Positions 16,698 through 26,080 of a stretch of DNA of 29,137 nt are shown here, one piece after another; the stretch's first letter is position 1; every line of letters starts with the position of its first letter. Both the position numbers and the translations under genes were made by a program. The stretch covers positions 1 through 29,137 of IMG/VR virus record IMGVR_UViG_3300017912_004002. One strand, given 5' to 3'. This DNA is from a virus (lineage: Duplodnaviria > Caudoviricetes). The notes under the pieces are model-generated. The model had not been told where the DNA came from. It saw only the letters and a program-made list of their open reading frames with translations, and ran no database searches.

Positions 16698-16954
16698 AGT
16701 AGGGCCTTCCCCTGGTCAACGTCATCGACGATGTGTACAAAATGGTCAACACTTGCGAGCTGGCGGTGGATAGCGAGCTGGTAGGGCGTGGGTTTCTTGC
16801 CTGGCGCCTTAAACTCGACAATGACCAGCTCCCCGGCTTTGAAGTACAGGCGGTCGGGGACGCCGCGTTGGCTCGGCGAGACCCACTTGAAACTGATCCA
16901 GCCGTTCCGCTTGGCATGAGCCGTAACCGCCTTCTCAATGGCGGACTCTCTCAC
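16691..16954 (-). CDS. VRR-NUC nuclease
   Basis: ESAIE..., GVPDRL, VEFKAPGKKPTPYQ. Confidence 0.9.
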   Translation of the reverse strand: MRESAIEKAVTAHAKRNGWISFKWVSPSQRGVPDRLYFKAGELVIVEFKAPGKKPTPYQLAIHRQLASVDHFVHIVDDVDQGKALLC

Positions 16955-18828
16955 TTGCGGTAGCGCTCCGCCTCATAGGCCTCAGCGCTTACCGGCAGCC
17001 CCTTGGCCCAGGGCGGCAGCTCGCACATAAGCCGTTCAAACTCTTCCAGGCTGCCGTGGCCCTTCGGCACGTCGGCCACAATCTCATCGTGGACGGTGAG
17101 CACCACCGGGTAGCCGGCCCCCTCAAGACGCATGACCGCAGCCGCCAGCAGGTCACGGGCGATGGCTTGCGTGATGCTCTGCACCAGCGAGCCTCCGTAA
17201 GCTTGAATCTCACCCCACTGGAAGGTCTTGTTGTTGTGCCCTTCGTAAGACAGGCGACCATTCTCAAGCTGCACTTTGGGGAAGCTGAGCACTCTGCGGC
17301 TTGGCAATTTAAAGAGCAGGTCGTCTTCGATGACCTTCCAAGCGCCGCAACGTGTCTCGGCCACGCCGCCGTGCTGCACGGCTTTGACCGCTGCGCGCTC
17401 GACCTCGGCCCACAGGGTGACGATGGGCTTGTTCGATGCGCGCCAGTCATCGCGGACCTTCATGGCTGTGGTCTCGTCCACGTCGGTGCCGTAGGCTTGG
17501 GCCATCTTGCTAAAGGCCATGACCCCACCTTGGTAGCCTAGGGCCAGGGTAGCGACCTTGCCCAGAAAGCGCTGGTCCTTATCCACCCTGTCGTACCCGG
17601 TGCCAAACATCTCTGACGCGGTCACCTTGTAAATGTCCAGGCCTTCGCGGAACGCATCGAGCACGGTGCCGTGCTCCGCCATCCAGGCCAGGGTCCTTGC
17701 CTCGATGCTGGCAAAGTCCCCGACGACCAAGCGGCAGCCCTCGCTGGCCACCAGCATTCCTCGCAGGCAAGACGCTAGGGCCTCCATGGGCTCGCCGGGG
17801 ATCGCGGCAGGGTCGCGCAGGGGTAAAGCTTGGATGACCGGCTCCACGGGCACGGTTGGGCGCGGGAGGTTTTGTGGTTGGAAGTGCCGGCCAGACCAAC
17901 GGCCGGTGGCGGCGCCGTGGAAGACGAGGACCCCGTGGGCTCGACCGTCCTGGCCCAGCACCGCCTGCATGGCCTGGTATTTCTTATTGCTCGCCCGGCT
18001 CATGGCTTGGCGGATCACTAGCAGCTCGCGCACCTCGGGCGGACAGGCGTCGTCCTCGATAGCAGCGGCCACCGCCGGCTTGTCGTAGCCGGTCATCGTG
18101 TAACCCCGGCTGGCGATCCACTCCAGGGTCTTAGCCCGGCTAGCCGTGGAGGTCAGTGCGTAGCCCGTGATCTTCCGCACCCGTGCGCTAAGCTGATCGG
18201 TCACAGTGTCAATGATTGCCTGAGCGTGCCCGATGCTCTCAGTGTCGAGTCGGATGCCGCGCCAGTTGATGCGCTGGTCCACAACCCAAAGATCCTGCTC
18301 CGGCTTTTGCAGTTGGCGCAGGCGGCGTCGTATCTCACGCTCAGCCACTACGTCCTGCAAACAGTAATCGTACAACTCTTGCAGCAGCAAGGAGTCCTGC
18401 TGGCGCTTGCCTCCGTAAGGCTTGCACAGGCGCTGGATCAGCAGCTTCCCGCGCTTGTCCTTAGCAGCGTCCGCCGGCAGGCCCATAAATTCGCCACACT
18501 TCCCAAGCGCCCGCGGGTATGCCTGAGCCGCGGCCATGGCGGCGGTGTCGCGCCACTGCTCAAGCGGAATCTCAGGCCAGCGCAGCACAAGGTTCCAGAC
18601 GCATAGCTCAAAGAAGCTATTCCAGGCCCACACCTCAGCGCCGTCAGCGATTGCGGCTAGGAGCCTTTGAGGTTTGGGGTCGCCAGGGAGCCAGAGCTGA
18701 GGTGCCTCGTCGCCAATGGCCCAGGCAAGGCAGAGAACTTCGGTGGTCGGGTGGTCGGCGTAAGCGTAGGCGCCTGCGCTGCGGATGTCGCACTCAGAAT
18801 AGGTCTCAAAATCTATGGAGATGTGCAT
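16951..18828 (-). CDS. polA: Family A DNA polymerase (phage type)
   Basis: ExoI DFETYS, TGRWSG, motif A DFASIEAR, motif B RFLGKVATLALGY, motif C VHDE. Confidence 0.94.
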   Translation of the reverse strand: MHISIDFETYSECDIRSAGAYAYADHPTTEVLCLAWAIGDEAPQLWLPGDPKPQRLLAAIADGAEVWAWNSFFELCVWNLVLRWPEIPLEQWRDTAAMAAAQAYPRALGKCGEFMGLPADAAKDKRGKLLIQRLCKPYGGKRQQDSLLLQELYDYCLQDVVAEREIRRRLRQLQKPEQDLWVVDQRINWRGIRLDTESIGHAQAIIDTVTDQLSARVRKITGYALTSTASRAKTLEWIASRGYTMTGYDKPAVAAAIEDDACPPEVRELLVIRQAMSRASNKKYQAMQAVLGQDGRAHGVLVFHGAATGRWSGRHFQPQNLPRPTVPVEPVIQALPLRDPAAIPGEPMEALASCLRGMLVASEGCRLVVGDFASIEARTLAWMAEHGTVLDAFREGLDIYKVTASEMFGTGYDRVDKDQRFLGKVATLALGYQGGVMAFSKMAQAYGTDVDETTAMKVRDDWRASNKPIVTLWAEVERAAVKAVQHGGVAETRCGAWKVIEDDLLFKLPSRRVLSFPKVQLENGRLSYEGHNNKTFQWGEIQAYGGSLVQSITQAIARDLLAAAVMRLEGAGYPVVLTVHDEIVADVPKGHGSLEEFERLMCELPPWAKGLPVSAEAYEAERYRK

Positions 18829-18830
18829 AG

Positions 18831-18853
18831 AAAAAGGGGCCCGGAGGCCCCTT
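18831..18853 (-). terminator. Intrinsic terminator between SSB and polymerase
   Basis: Minus strand GGGGCC-TCCG-GGCCCC followed by TTTTT. Confidence 0.7.
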
Positions 18854-18860
18854 GTCTCCT

Positions 18861-19415
18861 CTAGCTAAGGAAGTCGTCGCCTTCATCCACCACATCCGCA
18901 GTGGTCTCGCTGCTGATGTCATCGAAGACGCTCTCAGCCTTAGTCGCGCCTGAGCCAAAGGCGTCGCCATCGCGTACAAACTGGATCGCATTCAGGTTGC
19001 AGTTAATGCGCTTGCCCCATTGATTATTCTGCACCCACAAGGACACCGCCGCATTGACATAACAGCCTGCATAAGGACGCCCGTCTTCCTCGACCAGAGC
19101 AGAGCGGTCTCGGTCAACGATCACCGGCCGTTGGCGGCTGGAGCATGAGACAAACATCGCATGCTCATAGCCGTCGTAAGCCTTTTCTTCGCCGTCGCCA
19201 AGGCACACCTTAATGCCCTTCGGCGGCTTGCCCGCGAATCCTTCCATCGCAGCCTGCTTGATGTGCTCGCGGAACGCAGCGATCTGCTTGGCATCCACTT
19301 CCTTGTCGAGCAGGAAGTTCGCACTGAACTTCGGCGTCTGCCCTTCCATGTACGCCTTCGGCGTCCAAATTTGGGGAAAGGAAAGCCGTACAGATTTCAA
19401 CATTATGGTGCTCAT
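18861..19415 (-). CDS. DUF2815 ssDNA-binding protein
   Basis: VRLSFP, YAGCYVNA, LNAIQFVRDGDAFG, acidic C-terminus; GAGGA RBS before ATG 19415. Confidence 0.9.
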   Translation of the reverse strand: MSTIMLKSVRLSFPQIWTPKAYMEGQTPKFSANFLLDKEVDAKQIAAFREHIKQAAMEGFAGKPPKGIKVCLGDGEEKAYDGYEHAMFVSCSSRQRPVIVDRDRSALVEEDGRPYAGCYVNAAVSLWVQNNQWGKRINCNLNAIQFVRDGDAFGSGATKAESVFDDISSETTADVVDEGDDFLS

Positions 19416-19419
19416 TAGA

Positions 19420-20556
19420 TCATTCCTCATTAAGGTCATTGAAAGCGGCCCCGTCTATTGCAGGCCGAGGGTCTGCGTCGGGAGCCAGGGTTGGCTTCCC
19501 TTGCGGTTTGACGATGAGATCGGCGATCTCACCGGCATTCTTCCGACCAAGCCGCCTTTCCGCTTGGCTGGGAGAAATCAGTTTGATGACGTAGGCCTCG
19601 TCGCCGAGCATGTCGTCAAGCTTGTCGCCGGCTTCCATCTCGTCCGCCCAGCGGCGCAGCGAGCGCCCAGCGACCAGCTTGTAGCCGGGGACAATGCCGC
19701 CGGCGGCGAGGACAGACTGGGCGTGGTCCTTCACGGCCCCGGCCCAGTTGACCAGGCCGTCAAGGTGAGGCAGAAGCTCAGCGATCTGCGCCGCGTTAAG
19801 CAGGTGCGGCTCAGTGAGATCGAGCAGGGCTTCGCGCTCTAGGTCACTGAAGGCAAGCTGAGCAAGACCCAGGTTGTGGTCAGCCAGCGCACGGCATTGC
19901 GCCCGCGCCTTGCAGAACCGGCAGGCTGACTCGCTGGGGCCAAAGGGCGCCTTGTCTGACAGAGCCAGCTCAGCGGCCGGGCGGACGACGTTGTCGCCCC
20001 AAGCCAGCAGGTCCTTCACCCGCATCTCGGCGGTGTCTATGTGATCGAGTCGCGGCTGCACGATGGTCATGCGCACCGTGTCCACTTGGAAATCAAAACC
20101 GAACTCTTGGAACGCGCCGAGCCCATAGAGCCGGAGCTGCGCGTTGTCCTCAGCAAAGACCTTTACGCCTTTGCCGTACTTGAGGTCCACCACTTCCAGC
20201 GTGCCCTCATGGAAGACCAGCGCATCGGCAGTGCCGAACCCTTGAGGTGCAAACTGATGGTAGGTAACCCGCTCCTCGATGCGCTTATCACCACGCAGCG
20301 AGTTGACGTAGTCAACGTAGGTAGCGACGCCGGCCACCATCTCCTCGTCTACAGCGTAGCCCTCAACCTCACTACCAAGGAAACGCTCAGGCGCCCAGCC
20401 GTTACGCAGGCATGCCTCTGCGACCGCATGCGCTGCGGTGCCTTGCTCAGCAGCAGCGGAGGTGGTGTCGGGAAGCTTTGCCTCCATAGCTATAGAGGCA
20501 GGGCAGGAGATCCAGCGGTGAGCCTTTGAGGCTCCGAGCTTCGCGTGTGCTGTCAC
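19420..20556 (-). CDS. DUF2800 Cas4-like PD-(D/E)XK exonuclease
   Basis: HAKLGASKAHRWISCP, FGTAD, DLKYGKG, QLRLY, CRFCKARAQC. Confidence 0.9.
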   Translation of the reverse strand: MTAHAKLGASKAHRWISCPASIAMEAKLPDTTSAAAEQGTAAHAVAEACLRNGWAPERFLGSEVEGYAVDEEMVAGVATYVDYVNSLRGDKRIEERVTYHQFAPQGFGTADALVFHEGTLEVVDLKYGKGVKVFAEDNAQLRLYGLGAFQEFGFDFQVDTVRMTIVQPRLDHIDTAEMRVKDLLAWGDNVVRPAAELALSDKAPFGPSESACRFCKARAQCRALADHNLGLAQLAFSDLEREALLDLTEPHLLNAAQIAELLPHLDGLVNWAGAVKDHAQSVLAAGGIVPGYKLVAGRSLRRWADEMEAGDKLDDMLGDEAYVIKLISPSQAERRLGRKNAGEIADLIVKPQGKPTLAPDADPRPAIDGAAFNDLNEE

Positions 20557-20581
20557 TTTGGCAACCCCAAGCAGTTGTTGT

Positions 20582-20616
20582 TTGCGCAGGTTAGGGGTTG
20601 TCGATTATGCTGTCAA
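20582..20616. promoter_or_regulatory. Overlapping divergent sigma70-like promoters
   Basis: Minus strand TTGACA (20616-20611)-17 nt-TAACCT (20593-20588); plus strand TTGCGC (20582)-18 nt-TATGCT (20606). Confidence 0.65.
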
Positions 20617-20653
20617 ATCGGTTTCGCAAATTTGTTAAAGATGGGAGATTGTC

Positions 20654-20896
20654 ATGCGCAACAAGGAACGGGTCGCTGAGATCAGCGATGCGATTGACCG
20701 CGTGAAAGTTGCAGCCGGGCTCTCAAGCGATAACCGCCTAGCGGGTGCGCTGGACGTGACCAAGCAGGCGCTGTCAATCTGGCGCAACCGGGGGCGCGTG
20801 CCTGCACTACGCGCTTGCCAGATGGAGGTGTTGAGCGAGGGCCAGGTAAGCTGGCAGGAGCTAGCACCGGAAATCATTGAGGAGTTGGAGGGGTGA
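20654..20896 (+). CDS. Cro-like HTH regulator
   Basis: LAGALDVTKQALSIWRNRGRVP...SEGQVSWQELAPE; GGGAG RBS. Confidence 0.8.
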   Translation: MRNKERVAEISDAIDRVKVAAGLSSDNRLAGALDVTKQALSIWRNRGRVPALRACQMEVLSEGQVSWQELAPEIIEELEG

Positions 20897-20899
20897 GGT

Positions 20900-21040
20900 A
20901 TGAGAGAACCGGCGAACGTGATGCAGTTGTTAGAGAAGTTGGTTTGGTTGCTGGAACGCCTGTGCGACGGGCTTTCCCATGGGTTCGACGTGTTAGCGTC
21001 CTGGCTACGCGACCTGCGCAACTGGCTGCGGCGGGCATAA
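20900..21040 (+). CDS. 46-aa amphipathic peptide (not in ORF track)
   Basis: MREPANVMQLLEKLVWLLERLCDGLSHGFDVLASWLRDLRNWLRRA*; GGAGG upstream. Confidence 0.5.
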   Translation: MREPANVMQLLEKLVWLLERLCDGLSHGFDVLASWLRDLRNWLRRA

Positions 21041-21066
21041 AAAAAGCCCGCCTGGCAGGGCGGGCT
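21039..21066 (-). terminator. GC hairpin with poly-T on the minus strand
   Basis: AAAAAAAGCCCGCCTGGCAGGGCGGGCT on the plus strand. Confidence 0.55.
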
Positions 21067-21113
21067 AAACGCAGGGAGAGTCAAAGCATGTGGCTGCGAA
21101 CCACGGGGGAATT

Positions 21114-23375
21114 ATGCCTTATCTAAAAAAGTTTGGGCACCAGCTAGTCAAAAACGGCTACGAGATTGTGCCTGTTAAGGCTGGAACAAAAGCCCCAGCG
21201 CTGACAGGTTGGCAAAACATCCGCGCTACCTGCGAGGACGTTACGAAGTGGGCAGCTAACGGCCATAAAGACAACGGCATCGGTGTGCTTTGTCGCAACG
21301 TCATCGCCGTAGACATTGATTGCCATACGTCAAGTCTCAACCATCAGTTGTTGGATTGGCTTAGGGACAACGTCGGCGCCGGCCCGATCCGCGTGGGCCA
21401 GAAACCTAAGTGCATAATGGTCCTGCGCCCCGAGGAGCCGATGACCAAGCTGCGCTCTGCGGAGTTTGAGGACCCCGCGGGGAACCGCAACGCTGTCGAG
21501 GTGCTGGCCACGGGGCAGAAGTTTGTAGCCTACGGTATCCACCCCGGCACGCGGAAGGAATATTCCTGGCCAACTACGCATCTGGCTGACACGCCCCGGG
21601 ACAGCATCCCAGTCATCACCCGGGCTCAGGCCGAGGCGTTCATCGGTCATTTTGAAACGCTCGCTGGCCAGCGCGGCTGGGAGCTGGTGCGCGGTGGCGC
21701 TGGGCAACCCACGCTCGACCCAGAAGACATCACTAACCTGCGGCCTAAATTGGGCGCCAGCATCGAAGAGCTGCGGGAGATGGTCGATGCCATCGACCCC
21801 GACGCTCACCATGACGATTGGATCAAGGTGGGCATGGCTCTGCACCATGAGACCGACGGCGGCGACGACGGCCTGGAGCTATGGGACGAGTGGTCGTCCC
21901 GCGGCCACAAGTATTTAGAGGGCGAGTGCGGCCGACGCTGGGGCACGTTCGACAATGACGGCAAGGTGCCGGTGACTGGCGCTTACCTGAAGCGCCAGAC
22001 CGCCGTGGCTGAGTCGGAGGCGGTGACCGAGGAGCGCCTGCCCGCGATGCTGCGCAACTGGGCCTTTGTGCAGGTAGAGGGCGCAGCCAGGGTTATCCGC
22101 GAGGACCTACCCTCACACCACCTAGTCCTATACCGCTTGGAGGACCTCAAGAAGGAGCATCAGAACTGCCTGGTGCTGGACTTCAGCGGCGAGAAGCCCA
22201 AGCGCCAGAACCTTGTGGACAAGTGGCTAGAGGACCCGGATCGCCGCACCTATCCAGCGGGCCTAGCCTTCGCCCCGGACAGCGACGTGCTCGGCCGCTA
22301 CAACCTATGGCGCGGGTGGAGCTATGAGGCCAGCGAGGGCGACGTCGGCCCATGGCTGGATTTCATCACCAACGTGATCGCGTGCGGCGATGAGGACCAC
22401 GCCAACTACATTGTGGCCTGGTGCGCGCAGATGGTTCAGGAGCCTATGTCTAAGCTGGGTGTGGCCATGGTGCTACGCGGCCGCAAGGGCACGGGCAAGA
22501 CTAAGTTCGGCGAGCTGCTGGGTGGGCTCTGCAAGCCGCACCATAAGATCGTGGCGCGCAGCGAGCACGTCACCGGCCACTTCAACCGGCACCTTGAGGA
22601 CACGCTCCTGCTCCAGGCGGATGAGGCGTTCTGGGCTGGAGCCAAGGGCAGCGAGGGTGCGCTCAAGGACCTGATCACTAACCCGGAGATCACCATCGAG
22701 CGCAAGGGCGTGGACGCCTACAGCGCGCCCAACTTCACCCGCGTGCTATTCACCTCCAACGAGGAGTGGGTGGTGCCGGCGAGCCTGGACGAGCGACGCT
22801 TCGCCGTGTTCGACGTGAGCACTAGCCGCCAGCAGGATAGCGCCTACTTCGGCGCGCTCGATCGCTGGTATCGCCAGGGTGGCGCAGCAGCGATCCTGCA
22901 CTACCTCCGCGCTTTCGACCTGTCGAAGGTGAACGTGCGGGCAGCGCCCCGGACCCGAGCCCTGACGGACCAGCAGCTTGAGTCTCTGAGTAGCGTCGAT
23001 TCCTGGCTCCTTGCCGCGCTGCAGAATGGCGAGCTGCGCGAGCACCGCGTTGCCGGCGACAAGCTGGAATGGGGCGACGAGGTGAGCAAGGCCCAGCTTT
23101 ACCACATCTACTGCTCGTCGGTGACGGGCCGCTTTGAGGACAGGTTCAAGGAGTCCGCCTTCTGGCGGAAGCTGCGCGGTTACCGGGGGCTGCTACTAGG
23201 CGAGAGCCAGCGGAGCGTGGCCGGCGTGCGCGTGCGTATGGTCAGCCTTGCCCCGGTGCAGGATGCGCGTCGAGCTTTCGCTGAGGCCCAGAACCTCACC
23301 ATCGACTGGCCAGAGCTAGCCGTGCTCGACCCCATGGACCCGGCAGGATGGGACGACGAGGACGTTCCTTTCTGA
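21114..23375 (+). CDS. Primase-helicase (Prim-Pol + PriCT-2 + SF3/DUF5906 helicase)
   Basis: IAVDID, YGIHP, DWIKVGMALHHE...WDEWS, GRKGTGKT, LQADEA, FTSNE; GGGGGA RBS. Confidence 0.92.
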   Translation: MPYLKKFGHQLVKNGYEIVPVKAGTKAPALTGWQNIRATCEDVTKWAANGHKDNGIGVLCRNVIAVDIDCHTSSLNHQLLDWLRDNVGAGPIRVGQKPKCIMVLRPEEPMTKLRSAEFEDPAGNRNAVEVLATGQKFVAYGIHPGTRKEYSWPTTHLADTPRDSIPVITRAQAEAFIGHFETLAGQRGWELVRGGAGQPTLDPEDITNLRPKLGASIEELREMVDAIDPDAHHDDWIKVGMALHHETDGGDDGLELWDEWSSRGHKYLEGECGRRWGTFDNDGKVPVTGAYLKRQTAVAESEAVTEERLPAMLRNWAFVQVEGAARVIREDLPSHHLVLYRLEDLKKEHQNCLVLDFSGEKPKRQNLVDKWLEDPDRRTYPAGLAFAPDSDVLGRYNLWRGWSYEASEGDVGPWLDFITNVIACGDEDHANYIVAWCAQMVQEPMSKLGVAMVLRGRKGTGKTKFGELLGGLCKPHHKIVARSEHVTGHFNRHLEDTLLLQADEAFWAGAKGSEGALKDLITNPEITIERKGVDAYSAPNFTRVLFTSNEEWVVPASLDERRFAVFDVSTSRQQDSAYFGALDRWYRQGGAAAILHYLRAFDLSKVNVRAAPRTRALTDQQLESLSSVDSWLLAALQNGELREHRVAGDKLEWGDEVSKAQLYHIYCSSVTGRFEDRFKESAFWRKLRGYRGLLLGESQRSVAGVRVRMVSLAPVQDARRAFAEAQNLTIDWPELAVLDPMDPAGWDDEDVPF

Positions 23376-23404
23376 GACAATGCGCTCATCCACGGGCATG
23401 GGGG

Positions 23405-23896
23405 ATGAGCGTGGAATCAAAGGTTTGCAAGTCATGCGGCGCGGAAAAACCTCTAACCGATTTTTCGCTGTACTCAAACGGGGGGCCAGAGTCGACCTGC
23501 AAGAGCTGCCGTAATCGGCAGCGTATGCGCGGCCGCACTGGCCTCAAAAATTATTTGAAGTGGATTTGCACCGCTGCCAAGTCGCACTGCAAGCGCACAG
23601 GCAGGGCTGAGTTTCTTCTTGAGCCCGAGCACCTGTCCGAAATTTGGGAGGAACAGGGAGGGCGGTGCGCCCTCTCAGGCGTCTTCATGACCTATCACAA
23701 GGACGGGGCAGGGCGCAAAGACTTCAACGCCAGCATGGACCGCATCCACCCCACCGGGCCGTACACGCGCGACAACGTGCGCCTGGTGTGCGACCGGGTC
23801 AACACCATGCGGCACACGCTTTCAGAGAACGAGTTCTGGTGGTGGATAAAAAACATTTACAATTTTGGAGAGGAAGCCAATGGGCTTGCAGATTGA
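23405..23896 (+). CDS. Zn-finger HNH/endonuclease VII-like protein
   Basis: CKSC..CKSC; QGGRCALSG; SMDRIHPTGPYTRDNVRLVCDRVN. Confidence 0.8.
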   Translation: MSVESKVCKSCGAEKPLTDFSLYSNGGPESTCKSCRNRQRMRGRTGLKNYLKWICTAAKSHCKRTGRAEFLLEPEHLSEIWEEQGGRCALSGVFMTYHKDGAGRKDFNASMDRIHPTGPYTRDNVRLVCDRVNTMRHTLSENEFWWWIKNIYNFGEEANGLAD

Positions 23897-24065
23897 CTAT
23901 GTCGAAATGGACATCGACCAAGACGGGGACGTAGCGCTGACGCTGTCAGTAGTCACTGATGACCCGCAAATCCTGGCGAGGGCTCGCCGTGCCTTGCGGG
24001 CTGTGCTGGACGACGCGCCCCGGCTAGCCGCTGTGCCTTTGCAGCAGCCGGAGCGCGACAACTAG
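23880..24065 (+). CDS. Hypothetical protein
   Basis: 61 aa, GAGG RBS, overlaps the upstream stop. Confidence 0.6.
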   Translation: MGLQIDYVEMDIDQDGDVALTLSVVTDDPQILARARRALRAVLDDAPRLAAVPLQQPERDN

Positions 24066-24787
24066 CGAGCCCAGGTGAGGGGGTGGATGACCTCCATGGC
24101 CCAGTCGTCTAGCTTGTAGGTGTTGAAGGCGATGGTGCGGAGCTGGCGGCTGCCCCAGTGTTTTCGGACGTGCTCGATGGAGAGGGCCAGCTCGGGGTGG
24201 CGGCGCGCGAAATCTACATGTTCAGAGCGCGCGCGCTTTTTTTGCTCCAAGGCTTGCACCTCCTCATCGCTTAGCGGTTCATCGGCCTCGCTTACCGGCG
24301 ACGCTACTACATCATTGTCGATGCCTAGCAGGCTACGCATCTCCAAGACGCGCTCTTCGTATAGCTTGAATCCGCTGCCATCGGGACGGCGGATTGATGA
24401 GCCAAAGCTGTAGTCGCGCACCTTAAAGGTCCTTATGAAAGTCGAATAATGAATCCCCATTGCGACCGACCATTCCCGCGGCGAGCCTAACGGGGCGTAG
24501 TCTTTGAGGGTCTTGCGCCAGTGGGTAGGCATCACGCCGTACGGTTTGCGGTCCATCGACACCCCCTTGGTGCTTTGATCTTCCATCCTCATATCCTCAG
24601 CCGATGATGCTTTGATCCACGCGCGCACAAGCTTTGTGAAGCCGCGTCGAAAGGTTTTCAGTTCCTGCCCCTGAAACAGCTCGCCCTCTTTGATCGAGCT
24701 GAGCGCTCGGATGATCAGCTCCGCCTGCCTCCGGCTCAGGCGGTTGGTGCCCCGCATGGGCAGATAGGCGGGGCGCTGGTCAGGCAT
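24062..24787 (-). CDS. Hypothetical protein (possible internal start at 24556)
   Basis: AGGAGG RBS before ATG 24787; second RBS and ATG in frame at 24556. Confidence 0.65.
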   Translation of the reverse strand: MPDQRPAYLPMRGTNRLSRRQAELIIRALSSIKEGELFQGQELKTFRRGFTKLVRAWIKASSAEDMRMEDQSTKGVSMDRKPYGVMPTHWRKTLKDYAPLGSPREWSVAMGIHYSTFIRTFKVRDYSFGSSIRRPDGSGFKLYEERVLEMRSLLGIDNDVVASPVSEADEPLSDEEVQALEQKKRARSEHVDFARRHPELALSIEHVRKHWGSRQLRTIAFNTYKLDDWAMEVIHPLTWAR

Positions 24788-24971
24788 CGAGGTCCTCCTG
24801 CGCGTGCCGGGCATGTAGCGCCCGATCAATCTCGTCATACACCTCGGGCACGTCGCCAGCGTAGGTGAGCAGCAGCTCAGCGATGAGCTGAGGCGGCAGC
24901 AGCTCAGTCAGAGCCCGCACGTCGCATTGCTCGATCATGCACTCGGCTTGCTCCGCGATGCGCCAGGACAT
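24780..24971 (-). CDS. Hypothetical protein
   Basis: MSWRIAEQAE...QEDLDA, GAGG RBS. Confidence 0.6.
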   Translation of the reverse strand: MSWRIAEQAECMIEQCDVRALTELLPPQLIAELLLTYAGDVPEVYDEIDRALHARHAQEDLDA

Positions 24972-24996
24972 CAGAGCCTCGGAGAGGCTGATCACT

Positions 24997-25191
24997 TTAG
25001 CGGGCATGCTGATACTCCACGTCGGGTACAAAGTCAGAACAGTCGATGGGCACGTCACTGACCTCGGGTGGCCAGTAGCCAGAGCACACCATTTCGCGGG
25101 TGTGCTCGGCCTCGTTGACGGCCTGGTCGTAGGTGTCATCGACAAGCACAACCATCCCAAAAAGCACTGCAGCAATGATCCAGATCGGCAT
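24997..25191 (-). CDS. Small membrane-anchored protein
   Basis: N-terminal hydrophobic helix, MVCSGYWP motif, GGAGGAGG RBS. Confidence 0.7.
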   Translation of the reverse strand: MPIWIIAAVLFGMVVLVDDTYDQAVNEAEHTREMVCSGYWPPEVSDVPIDCSDFVPDVEYQHAR

Positions 25192-25328
25192 TAGTCCTCC
25201 TCCTTCTTCTTTTGAGCATCAAAGGCTTTGAGCCGTGCCTGGGCCTCAAGAGCCCAGGCTGCATTGCGGTCACGGCGCGCTTGGCGCGCTTGGTAGCGCG
25301 TGGGCCGTTGCGGTTTGCGGTAAGTCAT
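25191..25328 (-). CDS. 45-aa basic peptide (not in ORF track)
   Basis: MTYRKPQRPTRYQARQARRDRNAAWALEAQARLKAFDAQKKKEED*; AAGGAGG RBS; TAATG overlap. Confidence 0.65.
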   Translation of the reverse strand: MTYRKPQRPTRYQARQARRDRNAAWALEAQARLKAFDAQKKKEED

Positions 25329-25337
25329 GCTGCCTCC

Positions 25338-25670
25338 TTATTTGCCTGTGCAGCGCCGGGCATGGTCGAGCGCCGCGAAAAAATACTTTGACTGGGCTTT
25401 CTTTGGGGCGCCTTTGTTAACTCGTCGATCCTCCCAGGAAAGTTGGCATTGACGTTCGACAATCGTGAGCAGCACCTCGGGGTCCATGTTGAGGAGGAAG
25501 TTTCGGAGATCGCGGTGAGTTCCAACGCGGGTACGCTCCTTGATGTAAGAGGCAAAACGGTTTGCCCTGTCCCTGCGAAGCAGTTCTAAAAACTGGGTAT
25601 AGGTCTCGCGGGCGCGTCGGTCGGCGGAGCGTTGTTCCATTTGTTGTTCGCGCAGTTGTCGTGCAGTCAT
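25338..25670 (-). CDS. Hypothetical protein
   Basis: 110 aa, AGGAGAG RBS. Confidence 0.7.
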   Translation of the reverse strand: MTARQLREQQMEQRSADRRARETYTQFLELLRRDRANRFASYIKERTRVGTHRDLRNFLLNMDPEVLLTIVERQCQLSWEDRRVNKGAPKKAQSKYFFAALDHARRCTGK

Positions 25671-25691
25671 TTGTCTCTCTCCTAGGGCGGC

Positions 25692-26033
25692 TTACGCCGC
25701 CTCCGCTGCTTCGACCAAAGAGCTGATCTCGGGAAAGTCGGTATAGTCAGAGATAATGGTGTCACGCTCCCCCCAGAAGATGACCGCCGCACCAAGGCGA
25801 AAGCCGGTTCGCCCATCAAAAAACTCAACGGTAGCGCTTTCCCCAGAGTGCATCGCCTCAAAAACCTTCGCGTAATCCTTGCTTCGGTTGACAACCTTGT
25901 CAGCGTATTCGTCATAAGCAGAATCCCAGACCGAGATCGCATAGCCCCGGTCCGCTGCCTCCTGCAAAAGACTGGCAATGATATGGAATTCTTCTCGGTT
26001 CATTTCTTCAGGGCGCTTAAACTTGAGGTTCAT
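25692..26033 (-). CDS. Hypothetical early protein
   Basis: 113 aa, GGAGAG RBS before ATG 26033; GYAISVWD...IISDYT. Confidence 0.72.
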   Translation of the reverse strand: MNLKFKRPEEMNREEFHIIASLLQEAADRGYAISVWDSAYDEYADKVVNRSKDYAKVFEAMHSGESATVEFFDGRTGFRLGAAVIFWGERDTIISDYTDFPEISSLVEAAEAA

Positions 26034-26080
26034 GTTTTGTCTCTCTCCACTGTAAGCCAGGACGTCCCTGGCATGTACAA

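Noticed and set aside
19420-20556. Cas4-like gene as part of a CRISPR system
   Set aside because: Standard DUF2800-DUF2815-PolA phage replication module; no repeat-spacer array or other cas genes
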